Positions 22,332-32,400 of a stretch of 64,000 nt of DNA are shown here, one piece after another. This DNA comes from Alphaproteobacteria bacterium. Its GTDB lineage: Bacteria; Pseudomonadota; Alphaproteobacteria; UBA8317. The position numbers and the translations under genes were made by a program. Within the stretch, counting starts at the first letter, position 1. Every line of letters begins with the position of its first letter. The notes below the pieces were generated by a model, which was not told where the DNA came from, ran no database searches, and worked only from the letters and a program-made list of their open reading frames with translations. The stretch spans positions 1-64,000 of the forward strand of contig JAYPQH010000017.1 of assembly GCA_038131935.1 (NCBI GenBank), written 5' to 3'.

Positions 22332-24020
22332 ATGGATAAAATTCTGATTACTTCAGCACTCCCTTATATAAATGGCGTGAAACATCTTGGAAATTTGATT
22401 GGATCTCTTCTTCCTGCAGATGTCTATGCCCGCCACCAGAGATTATTGGGTAAACAGGTGCTTTTTCTATGTGCAACAGACGAACATGGAACACCAGCAG
22501 AATTGGCAGCGCAGGAAGCTGGCTTAGAGGTGTCTGAGTATTGTCAGCAAATGCACAATGTGCAGAGAGATTTGTACGAAAAATTTCACCTATCTTTCGA
22601 CCATTTTGGTCGGTCTTCAAGTAAAGAAAATCATTATATGACGCAGCATCTGGCCGAACGTTTGGAACGTGCTGGGTTAATTGAAGAGCGCAGTATGCGT
22701 CAGGTGTACTCGCATGTGGATCAGCGTTTTCTGCCAGATCGATATGTTGAAGGAACCTGCCCACATTGTGGTTACGAAAAAGCAAGAGGCGACCAATGCG
22801 AGAGCTGTACACGCCTTTTAGACCCTACCGACCTACTTAATCCTCGTTCAGCGGTGTCTGGTTCCACGGACCTAGAGGTGCGTGAGACGCGACATCTGTT
22901 TTTGTTGCAATCAAAAATGAGTGGGGCATTGCGCTCTTGGATCGAAGCACAAAAAACTTGGCCATCTTTGGTTCGTTCCATAGCCCTGAAATGGTTGGAT
23001 GAAGGGCTAGAAGATCGCTGTATTACAAGGGACCTCCATTGGGGTGTTCCGGTTCAAAGAGAAGGTTTTGAGGGAAAAGTTTTTTACGTATGGTTTGATG
23101 CACCCATTGAATATATTGCTGCGACCATGGAATGGGCAGCAAAAGATCCGGAGCATAGGAATTGGGAGGACTGGTGGAAAGGTGCCCCAGCGCAGTCTGT
23201 GCGTTATGTGCAAGTCATGGGAAAAGATAATGTCCCATTTCATACTGTAGGTTTCCCAGCGACCTTAATGGGTGCAGATGAACAGTGGCGTCCTGTGAGT
23301 TTTATCAAGGGATTCAATTGGATGAATTACTATGGTGGTAAATTTTCTACGTCGCAAAAGCGTGGGATATTTATGAACCAGGCACTTGATCTTTTTCCTG
23401 CAGATTATTGGCGCTGGTATCTATTGGCAAATGCGCCTGAGGGATCTGATAGCTCCTTTACGTGGACAAATTTTCAGTCTGCAGTGAATAAGGACTTGGC
23501 CGATGTGCTCGGAAATGCATTCAATCGACTCGTGAAGTTTACCCATGCACGTTTTGATGGTCATATTCCAACCATTGATCTGAGCACTGCCGATGAAGAT
23601 CAGTATATCTTGCAATTGCAAGGTCATTTGACTGCATACCATCAGGCTATGGATATGCTTGAGATCAGAAAATCGGCACAAGAGCTAAGAGCATGCTGGG
23701 TGCTTTGCAATGAATACCTTCAATCAGCTCAACCATGGGCTGTACTCAAGGAAGACCCCTCATTGGCGAAAAAACGTGTTGGATTTGCTTTCTGTCTACT
23801 CCACTCGGTTGCAATAATGTCTAGGCCATTCATTCCTGAACTGTCACAAAAAATGTTACAGATGTTGGGATCTGAACAAGGCGATATGCTTCCTACAGAT
23901 GCCAAAGCTTTGGTCGCACTCACCCCTTTAGGAGGAAAACTTGAACCAGCAGAAGTCTTGGTGCAGAAAATAGATGATGACGAGATAGATGTGCTTGAAA
24001 AGCAATTTTCTGGTGCGTGA
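22332..24020 (+). CDS. metG: Methionine--tRNA ligase
   Basis: ITSALPYINGVKHLGN (HIGH variant), CxxC knuckles, YVWFDAPI, KFSTS (KMSKS variant). Confidence 0.97.
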   Translation: MDKILITSALPYINGVKHLGNLIGSLLPADVYARHQRLLGKQVLFLCATDEHGTPAELAAQEAGLEVSEYCQQMHNVQRDLYEKFHLSFDHFGRSSSKENHYMTQHLAERLERAGLIEERSMRQVYSHVDQRFLPDRYVEGTCPHCGYEKARGDQCESCTRLLDPTDLLNPRSAVSGSTDLEVRETRHLFLLQSKMSGALRSWIEAQKTWPSLVRSIALKWLDEGLEDRCITRDLHWGVPVQREGFEGKVFYVWFDAPIEYIAATMEWAAKDPEHRNWEDWWKGAPAQSVRYVQVMGKDNVPFHTVGFPATLMGADEQWRPVSFIKGFNWMNYYGGKFSTSQKRGIFMNQALDLFPADYWRWYLLANAPEGSDSSFTWTNFQSAVNKDLADVLGNAFNRLVKFTHARFDGHIPTIDLSTADEDQYILQLQGHLTAYHQAMDMLEIRKSAQELRACWVLCNEYLQSAQPWAVLKEDPSLAKKRVGFAFCLLHSVAIMSRPFIPELSQKMLQMLGSEQGDMLPTDAKALVALTPLGGKLEPAEVLVQKIDDDEIDVLEKQFSGA

Positions 24021-24758
24021 TCAATTGTCTAAGCCCCAGTTGAATAAAGCTATGGCAGCAGCATTCGAGACATTAAGACTCTCCATGGTTTCGATAGGGA
24101 TGAACTGAAGATCATCGCAATTTTCACCAACCAGCCTGCGCATACCTTTGCCTTCAGCTCCTAAGACAAGAATATTGGTGGCATGAAGGCTACCAGGGGA
24201 AAGCTTTATATTTGCCGCCCCTGACAGCCCTGTGCTCCAAGCTTGCTCTTCTCTAAGCATCTGTAGGGTGCGGCTTAGGTTTGTTACGGTATAAATACTT
24301 ACATGCTCGCGGGCGCCACTTGCGGTCTTGGCCAGCACGCGGTCAAATGCAGGGGAGTGCCGGTCTTGTAAGATCAAGCGGTTAACTCCAAAAGCCACGG
24401 CACTTCGCATGATGGCGCCAATATTACGGGGGTCTGTTACTTGATCAAGCATTAAGGCTTTTTCGTTCGGTCTAGACCAGTCAATTCTTGCCAAGTCATC
24501 TTCGTTTTTTACATCCAACGGAGCGGATTTAAGGACCAAGCCTTGATGTGCTTCATCATGACCAATGATTTTTTCTAAATCATTTGGATGCGAAATTGTC
24601 ACCTTACATTTGGGCTTGTAACGTAGTTCTTGAAGTGCATTTTTTGTTCCCCATAATTCAATCAATCTTCGCTTTTGGTTGTGAAGAGCAGCTTCGACTG
24701 CATGGCGTCCAAATAGCAAATCAACATGTTGTTTTGGGTTTTCTTGACGTGTTTTCAA
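24021..24758 (-). CDS. rlmB: 23S rRNA Gm2251 2'-O-methyltransferase (SpoU/TrmH family)
   Basis: DPRNIGAIMRSA, LGAEGKGM and ESLNVSNAA motifs; divergent from tRNA-Tyr, as is usual in Alphaproteobacteria. Confidence 0.88.
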   Translation of the reverse strand: MKTRQENPKQHVDLLFGRHAVEAALHNQKRRLIELWGTKNALQELRYKPKCKVTISHPNDLEKIIGHDEAHQGLVLKSAPLDVKNEDDLARIDWSRPNEKALMLDQVTDPRNIGAIMRSAVAFGVNRLILQDRHSPAFDRVLAKTASGAREHVSIYTVTNLSRTLQMLREEQAWSTGLSGAANIKLSPGSLHATNILVLGAEGKGMRRLVGENCDDLQFIPIETMESLNVSNAAAIALFNWGLDN

Positions 24759-24832
24759 TTTTATTAGCCTACAATGGTTGACATCATCGTTCCTAGTCTA
24801 ATAACCAATCGTTTCGATGCTTGTCATCCCAT

Positions 24833-24917
24833 GGAGAGATGCCTGAGCGGTTAAAAGGGGCGGACTGTAAATCCGTTGGCTATGCCTACGCTGGTTCGAA
24901 TCCAGCTCTCTCCACCA
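24833..24917 (+). tRNA. tRNA-Tyr (GUA)
   Basis: GGAGAGATGCCTGAGCGGTTAAAAGGG GCGGA CTGTAAA TCCGT...GGTTCGAATCC...CTCTCCACCA; long variable arm. Confidence 0.97.
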
Positions 24918-24967
24918 TTGATGAACCATTGACGAACCATTGTCGAAATTCATCAATGCTCTTTTTT
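24916..24967 (+). terminator. Hairpin + T-tract after tRNA-Tyr, overlapping three 11-bp tandem repeats
   Basis: CATTGATGAA (24916-24925) pairs with TTCATCAATG (24949-24958), followed by CTCTTTTTT. Confidence 0.45.
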
Positions 24968-25425
24968 AAAGGCTCTGTGACCAAAGTTCAGTTGGTTGCC
25001 GTCTAACCTTCATATATTGGCATGGTTGGAAAAATTACAGGCCTTAACGTTTAAATGACCAGTCTTTCCAACCACTCAGGTTGTCTTCACGATTGGTGCG
25101 GAAACGTTAAAATAATGCTGAACCAGATTTATCCAGATAGTTGATATTTTGGCTTGGATTCATTTTTTGTTCATCTTGGTTACACCATCATGCCCCAATA
25201 GTATTTTCAAAGGGCTTGGTGTCTTTGTTTTACGTCTTAGAGCCAAGAAGCGCGGAAGGTCGGGCTGGTATTCTGATGAAACATGATTTGCATTAAAATA
25301 TTACATCAATGGTTACATTTTCGTAACATTTAGAGACATAAATTTGTAATCCGTGATGAGGTTGCTATCAGCCTTACCCCCATTTTTACGAGCTTCGAAT
25401 ACTCGGTTATTTGTTGGAGTGGTGC

Positions 25426-26445
25426 ATGCTGACAACCAGTTTTCGCATCTTTTTGGTATGTGGCCTTGTGCCAACATTAGCATTGGCCGGATTTATGGTT
25501 GTTGAGACATATAACCGGCATTTGGATCAAACATTTAAACAACTTACATCATATCAGACCAACGTTGCCCATGATATTAAGGGGCATTTTTCTAGAATTA
25601 CACATGCAAAAACCTTGTTGGGAACATTGGCAAATGATCCTAATATGTTGAGAAATAACACAGAGTTATTTGAGTTGATGTTGACGATTATTCAGCTCAA
25701 TCCAGCGTTGAATGGTATTACTATCCACCATCGAGACTTTAATCGTGCATTTTCCATTCACCGAAGTGATGACAAAAATAGGTGGATCGTGAGGCATCGT
25801 CAGGATGAGTTGCTAGGGGCACATACCCTAGATGAAGACCCCGAAACAGGCGAGCGATTTTTCAGGCCAAGCACTGTTGATGACTTCTTAAATAATCTTG
25901 ATCGCTATGCTGAGAAATTGGTTGAACGCCCTACTTTGCATGTGGCTTCGACCAACTCAGAAGAGCATCACATCGAAATGGTGATGCCGCTCGAGAATGG
26001 GAATAAAAATGGAGTGCTCGTCTCAAAAACTGACGTGAAAGAGCTCCATAATATGATGACGAGCTCGCTCCCTGATCAAGAGATGTTCAATTTTTTGGTT
26101 GACGCTCATGGGCTGGTTCTTGCCATCGGATTGGGAAATAATTTGCATAGTGGGTTTCATATTGGCAATCCACAAATTCCGTTTTCCTCAGAGGGGGTGC
26201 CACCTGCAAAGTTGATTGCAGCATATTTGGCAAGCGTGCCTGGCAGTGTGCCAACGGTAGGGTTTGATCCCTCCTCATACGTCTTAACGACATCTGAAAT
26301 TATTCTAGACCAGCACCATGAGTGGCACCTGGTTTCAGGGCAAAAAATTACATCATGGAGAGGGGAGTGGACTGATTTTCTATTTATTTTGCCTCTCATT
26401 ATTTCGGTTATGGGAATCCTCCATCATATCCAAAAAATTCGGTGA
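25426..26445 (+). CDS. Membrane-anchored Cache-like (dCache) periplasmic sensor protein with no cytoplasmic output domain
   Basis: TM1, a ~285 aa soluble region with Cache-like strands (GVLVSKTDVKEL, FLVDAHGLVLA, WHLVSG), TM2, then only HHIQKIR-stop. Confidence 0.7.
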   Translation: MLTTSFRIFLVCGLVPTLALAGFMVVETYNRHLDQTFKQLTSYQTNVAHDIKGHFSRITHAKTLLGTLANDPNMLRNNTELFELMLTIIQLNPALNGITIHHRDFNRAFSIHRSDDKNRWIVRHRQDELLGAHTLDEDPETGERFFRPSTVDDFLNNLDRYAEKLVERPTLHVASTNSEEHHIEMVMPLENGNKNGVLVSKTDVKELHNMMTSSLPDQEMFNFLVDAHGLVLAIGLGNNLHSGFHIGNPQIPFSSEGVPPAKLIAAYLASVPGSVPTVGFDPSSYVLTTSEIILDQHHEWHLVSGQKITSWRGEWTDFLFILPLIISVMGILHHIQKIR

Positions 26446-26448
26446 TCT

Positions 26449-29400
26449 ATGATATTTTTTAAGTTTTTATGGCAACGATCTCTCATACCTTCACTTGCGT
26501 TAATATTTATTGGATTTAATGATCTCGCCCAGGGCATGAACCGAGGAGATTTTTATCCAGATCAAGGATCTAGCTATAATGTAAACCTAGGAAAGGTGAA
26601 TGTAGGTGATACGTTTCGTATTCGCGGTGGTGATAAACGCTTTCGGTTCGAAAATGCCTTTTGGGCAAAGATGCAACAAGGTGATGCCTATTTATGCAAA
26701 TTCAATTCATCGTTGACTAACAATTACAAAGACAACAATGCTCCTGATGCGTGCGTTGCTGATGACTTTAACCCAGCCATAAAAATCCTTGGTGGATTTG
26801 AATGTGAAGAGGAATCGTTTTTTGGATTAACAGTTGCTCGATGGTGTCGAGGACTTGATCTTTTGGCAGAGAAGGCCAGCCCCCAAAATGTCGCAAATCT
26901 GAAAACAGCCAATAACGATCTATTAAGTTTTGAGGGACATGAATACGATATCACCTACACTGTTGGAAACAACCCAACGGCAAGCATAACCAGCTCGAGC
27001 AGGGTAGCTTTATCCCAAAACTTCACTGTTTCATCAAGTTCCACAGATCCAGATGGTGACGCTTTAACATGCCAATGGCGTCAAGTTTCTGGACCATCTG
27101 CTGAGATTATCAATCCGACCAGTTGTACGACCAACATGATTGCGCCGTCTAGCAGTGCCCTTGAAACCTTAGGTATAGGTGAGGCGAACATAAAAATTGG
27201 ACTCATTGTTAATGATGGTGTGGGAAATTCAAATGAGGTCATTCACGATATTGAGGTGTTTAACACAGCGCCAATAGCAGATGCTGGGGATAGTACTTTT
27301 TTATCTCGCGCGGGTGATGTTGTTTATCTTGATGCTTCCGGGTCTATAGATCCTGATGTGACAAATTCTGATCAGATGCTGTCTTTCAAATGGACACAAG
27401 TCACGACCCCTGTCTTGGATACGGGAGAAGTCCCCAAAACCCAGCTGAAGGCGGAGTTGTCGCTCTTGCAAATTCAAGCCAAGTGCGCCCCTCATTCATA
27501 GCGCCTCGATTAAAAAACAATCAGAAATCACAGAGAATTGGATTTCACGTACAAGTCTCAGATCCCTTTGTTGCAACAAGGCAAGCACCTCTTCAAGCGT
27601 TCGTTGACGATGATCAAGATATTGTCTTCGCAGAAATACAAAACACGCCCCCGCTTTTTGATTTCAATATCTCAGGGCTGATGAGTGATAGCCTCACCAC
27701 AGTATCAGGGAAAAAAACTTCTATTATTGCAGAAATAAGAGATCCTGACGATCAAACGCTTCAGATAAATTGGTCTGATCCAAGTTTTGGAACATTGACC
27801 ACAAATGGTGCGTTGGCGGAGTTTACCGCGCCATTACTTGCAGATTTTGAAGCATCACGGGTAACATCGATCAACGTCACCGTTGATGATACCGTTGATA
27901 CATCTACAAAATCTTTGTCAGTTGAATTGGTGAATTCGCCCCCAGTAGCAGATGCTGGTACAGACCGTTTGGTTTATCCCTCGTTCCTGACATTAGACGG
28001 AAGCGCTTCATCAGATATTGACGCACAAACGTTAAGTTATTCTTGGCAACAAATGAGCGGACCCAATGTCACCATATTGAATGGTCAAACTGCAACGCCA
28101 TCGTTTCAAACCCCAATGCTTAGTACGGGTGATGAACCAATTTTTCTGGAATTCTCTCTGGTTGTGGGAGATACGATTACATCTCGTGAGGACCGGGTTG
28201 TTGTTGTAGTACAGGCGCCAAAAAATAAAATTCCAATAGGTGATGCAGGTGACAACCAATCTGTGTCATCAGGCTCTTCTGTGATTTTGGATGGACGTGG
28301 TTCATCAGATGCAGATGGTCAGGATTTGGGTTATCTTTGGACGCAAATCTCTGGTCCATCGGTTGTTTTGTCCGATGCAACATCGATACGCCCAACCTTT
28401 ACCGCACCATTGTTGGATATTGGTGATGAGGCAGCTAGCCTCATATTCTCGTTGGTTGTAAATGATGGGTTTGAGAGTTCGCTGGCCGATGAGGTAACGG
28501 TTACGGTCAATGCACCTGCAAACAGCCTTCCATTATCAGATGCAGGTGACAACCAAACTGTACCATCAGGCTCTTCTGTGATTTTGGATGGACGTGGTTC
28601 ATCAGATGCAGATGGTCAGGATTTGGGTTATCTTTGGACGCAAATCTCTGGTCCATCGGTTGTTTTGTCCGATGCAACATCGATACGCCCAACCTTTACC
28701 GCACCATTGTTGGATATTGGTGATGAGGTAGCCAGCCTTATATTCTCGTTGGTTGTAGATGATGGAATTGATAGCTCTCTGGCAGATGTTGTTGTTGTAA
28801 CGGTGCAACCACCTGGTGTGGTTGCCCCTGTAGCAGATGCTGGTGTTCATCAATTGGTGACGTCAGGATCTCTGGTGAGCCTAGATGGTCGTGGTTCCCA
28901 AGCCACGGGTAGTGGTTCGAATTTGGTTTCTTACCGCTGGACGCAAGTTTCAGGAATGTCCGTGACATTAACTGATGTAAACCAGGTTGAGCCACAATTT
29001 GTTGCCCCCATGCTATCAGTTGGTTCGGCAAGTGAGGAATTGGTATTTGCACTGGTTGTACATGATGGTGTGTCAGATTCTCTTCCCGCAACGGTGATGG
29101 TCACCGTTGATGCGCCTGCAAACAGCCGTCCATTATCAGATGCAGGTGACAACCAAACTGTGCCATCAGGGGTTGAGGTCACGTTGAATGCTGTTGGTTC
29201 ATCTGATGCAGATGGTCAGGATTTGGGTTATCTCTGGACACAAATCTCTGGTCCATCGGTTGTGTTGTCCGATGCAACATCGATACGCCCAACCTTTACC
29301 GCACCATTGTTGGATATTGGTGATGAGGCAGCCAGCCTCATATTCTCGTTGGTTGTAAATGATGGGTTTGAGAGTTCGCTGGCCGATGAGGTAACGGTTA

Positions 29401-32400
29401 CGGTCAATGCACCTGCAAACAGCCTTCCATTATCAGATGCAGGTGACAACCAAACTGTGCCATCAGGGGTTGAGGTCACGTTGAATGCTGTTGGTTCATC
29501 TGATGCAGATGGTCAGGATTTGGGTTATCTCTGGACACAAATCTCTGGTCCATCGGTTGTTTTGTCCGATGCAACATCGATACGCCCAACCTTTACCGCA
29601 CCATTGTTGGATATTGGTGATGAGGCAGTCAGCCTCATATTCTCGTTGGTTGTGAATGATGGGTTTGAGAGTTCACTGGCCGATGAGGTGACGGTTACGG
29701 TCCATGCACCTGCAAACAGCCGTCCATTATCAGATGCAGGTGACAACCAAACTGTGCCATCAGGGCTTGAGGTCACGTTGGATGGACTGTTGGTTCATCA
29801 GATGCAGATGGTCAGGATTTGGGTTATCTTTGGACACAAATCTCTGGTCCATCGGTTGTTTTGTCCGATGCAACATCGATACGCCCAACCTTTACCGCAC
29901 CATTGTTGGATATTGGTGATGAAGCGGCCAGCCTCATATTCTCGTTGGTTGTGAATGATGGGTTTGAGAGTTCACTGGCCGATGAGGTGACGGTTACGGT
30001 CAATGCACCTGCAAACAGCCGTCCATTATCAGATGCAGGTGACAACCAATCTGTGTCATCAGGCTCTTCTGTGATCTTGGATGGAGGTGGTTCATCTGAT
30101 GCAGATGGTCAGGATTTGGGTTATCTCTGGACACAAATCTCTGGTCCATCGGTTGTTTTGTCCGATGCAACATCGATACGCCCAACCTTTACCGCACCAT
30201 TGTTGGATATTGGTGATGAGGTAGCCAGCCTTATATTCTCGTTGGTTGTAGATGATGGAATTGATAGCTCTCTGGCAGATGTTGTTGTTGTAACGGTACA
30301 ACCACCTGGTGTGGTTGCCCCTGTAGCAGATGCTGGTGTTCATCAATTGGTGACGTCAGGATCTCTGGTGAGCCTAGATGGTCGTGGTTCCCAAGCCACG
30401 GGTAGTGGTTCGAATTTGGTTTCTTACCGCTGGACGCAAGTCTCAGGAATGTCCGTGACATTAACTGATGTAAACCAGGTTGAGCCACAATTTGTTGCCC
30501 CATGCTATCAGTTGGTTCGGCAAGTGAGGAATTGGTATTTGCACTGGTTGTACATGATGGTGTGTCAGATTCTCTTCCAGCAACGGTGAAGGTCACCGTT
30601 GATGCGCCTGCAAACACTGTTCCTGTGGCGGAGGCCGGAAACAGTCAAGCTGCACTTTCTGGTATGATGGTGATCTTGGATGGAGGTGGTTCATCCGATG
30701 TTGATGGTCAGGATTTGGGTTATCTCTGGACGCAAATCTCTGGTCCATCGGTTGTGTTGTCCGATGCAACATCGATACGCCCAACCTTTACCGCACCATT
30801 GTTGGATATTGGTGATGAAGCGGCCAGCCTCATATTCTCGTTGGTTGTAAATGATGGGTTTGAGAGTTCGCTGGCCGATGAGGTAACGGTTACGGTCAAT
30901 GCACCTGCAAACAGCCTTCCATTATCAGATGCAGGTGACAACCAAACTGTGCCATCAGGGGTTGAGGTCACGTTGAATGCTGTTGGTTCATCTGATGCAG
31001 ATGGTCAGGATTTGGGTTATCTCTGGACACAAATATCTGGTCCATCGGTTGTTTTGTCCGATGCAACATCGATACGCCCAACCTTTACCGCACCATTGTT
31101 GGATATTGGTGATGAGGCAGTCAGCCTCATATTCTCGTTGGTTGTAAATGATGGGTTTGAGAGTTCACTGGCCGATGAGGTGACGGTTACGGTCCATGCA
31201 CCTGCAAACAGCCGTCCATTATCAGATGCAGGTGACAACCAATCTGTGTCATCAGGCTCTCCTGTGATTTTGGATGGACGTGGTTCATCAGATGCAGATG
31301 GTCAGGATTTGGGTTATCTTTGGACACAAATCTCTGGTCCATCGGTTGTGTTGTCCGATGCAACATCGATACGCCCAACCTTTACCGCACCGTTGTTGGA
31401 TATTGGTGATGAGGCAGCCAGCCTCATATTCTCGTTGGTTGTAAATGATGGGTTTGAGAGTTCACTGGCCGATGAGGTGACGGTTACGGTCAATGCACCT
31501 GCAAACAGCCGTCCATTATCAGATGCAGGTGACAACCAATCTGTGTCATCAGGCTCTTCTGTGATCTTGGATGGAGGTAGTTCATCTGATGCAGATGGTC
31601 AGGATTTGGGTTATCTCTGGACACAAATCTCTGGTCCATCGGTTGTTTTGTCCGATGCAACATCGATACGCCCAACCTTTACCGCACCATTGTTGGATAT
31701 TGGTGATGAGGTAGCCAGCCTTATATTCTCGTTGGTTGTAGATGATGGAATTGATAGCTCTCTGGCAGATGTTGTTGTTGTAACGGTACAACCACCTGGT
31801 GTGGTTGCCCCTGTAGCAGATGCTGGTGTTCATCAATTGGTGACGTCAGGATCTCTGGTGAGCCTAGATGGTCGTGGTTCCCAAGCCACGGGTAGTGGTT
31901 CGAATTTGGTTTCTTACCGCTGGACGCAAGTTTCAGGAATGTCCGTGACATTAACTGATGTGAACCAGGTTGAGCCACAATTTGTTGCCCCCATGCTATC
32001 AGTTGGTTCGGCAAGTGAGGAATTGGTATTTGCACTGGTTGTACATGATGGTGTGTCAGATTCTCTTCCCGCAATGGTGAAGGTCACTGTTGATGCGCCT
32101 GCAAACAGCCGTCCATTATCAGATGCAGGTCACAACCAATCTGTGTCATCAGGCTCTTCTGTGATCTTGGATGGAGGTGGTTCATCTGATGCAGATGGTC
32201 AGGATTTGGGTTATCTCTGGATGCAAATCTCTGGTCCATCGGTTGTTTTGTCCGATGCAACATCGATACGCCCAACCTTTACCGCACCATTGTTGGATAT
32301 TGGTGATGAAGCGGCCAGCCTCATATTCTCGTTGGTTGTGAATGATGGGTTTGAGAGTTCACTGGCCGATGAGGTGACGGTTACGGTCAATGCACCTGCA

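Noticed and set aside
24960-25410. Riboswitch (e.g. c-di-GMP) upstream of the adhesin unit
   Set aside because: I could not match a known aptamer consensus by eye; an Rfam/Infernal scan would be needed.
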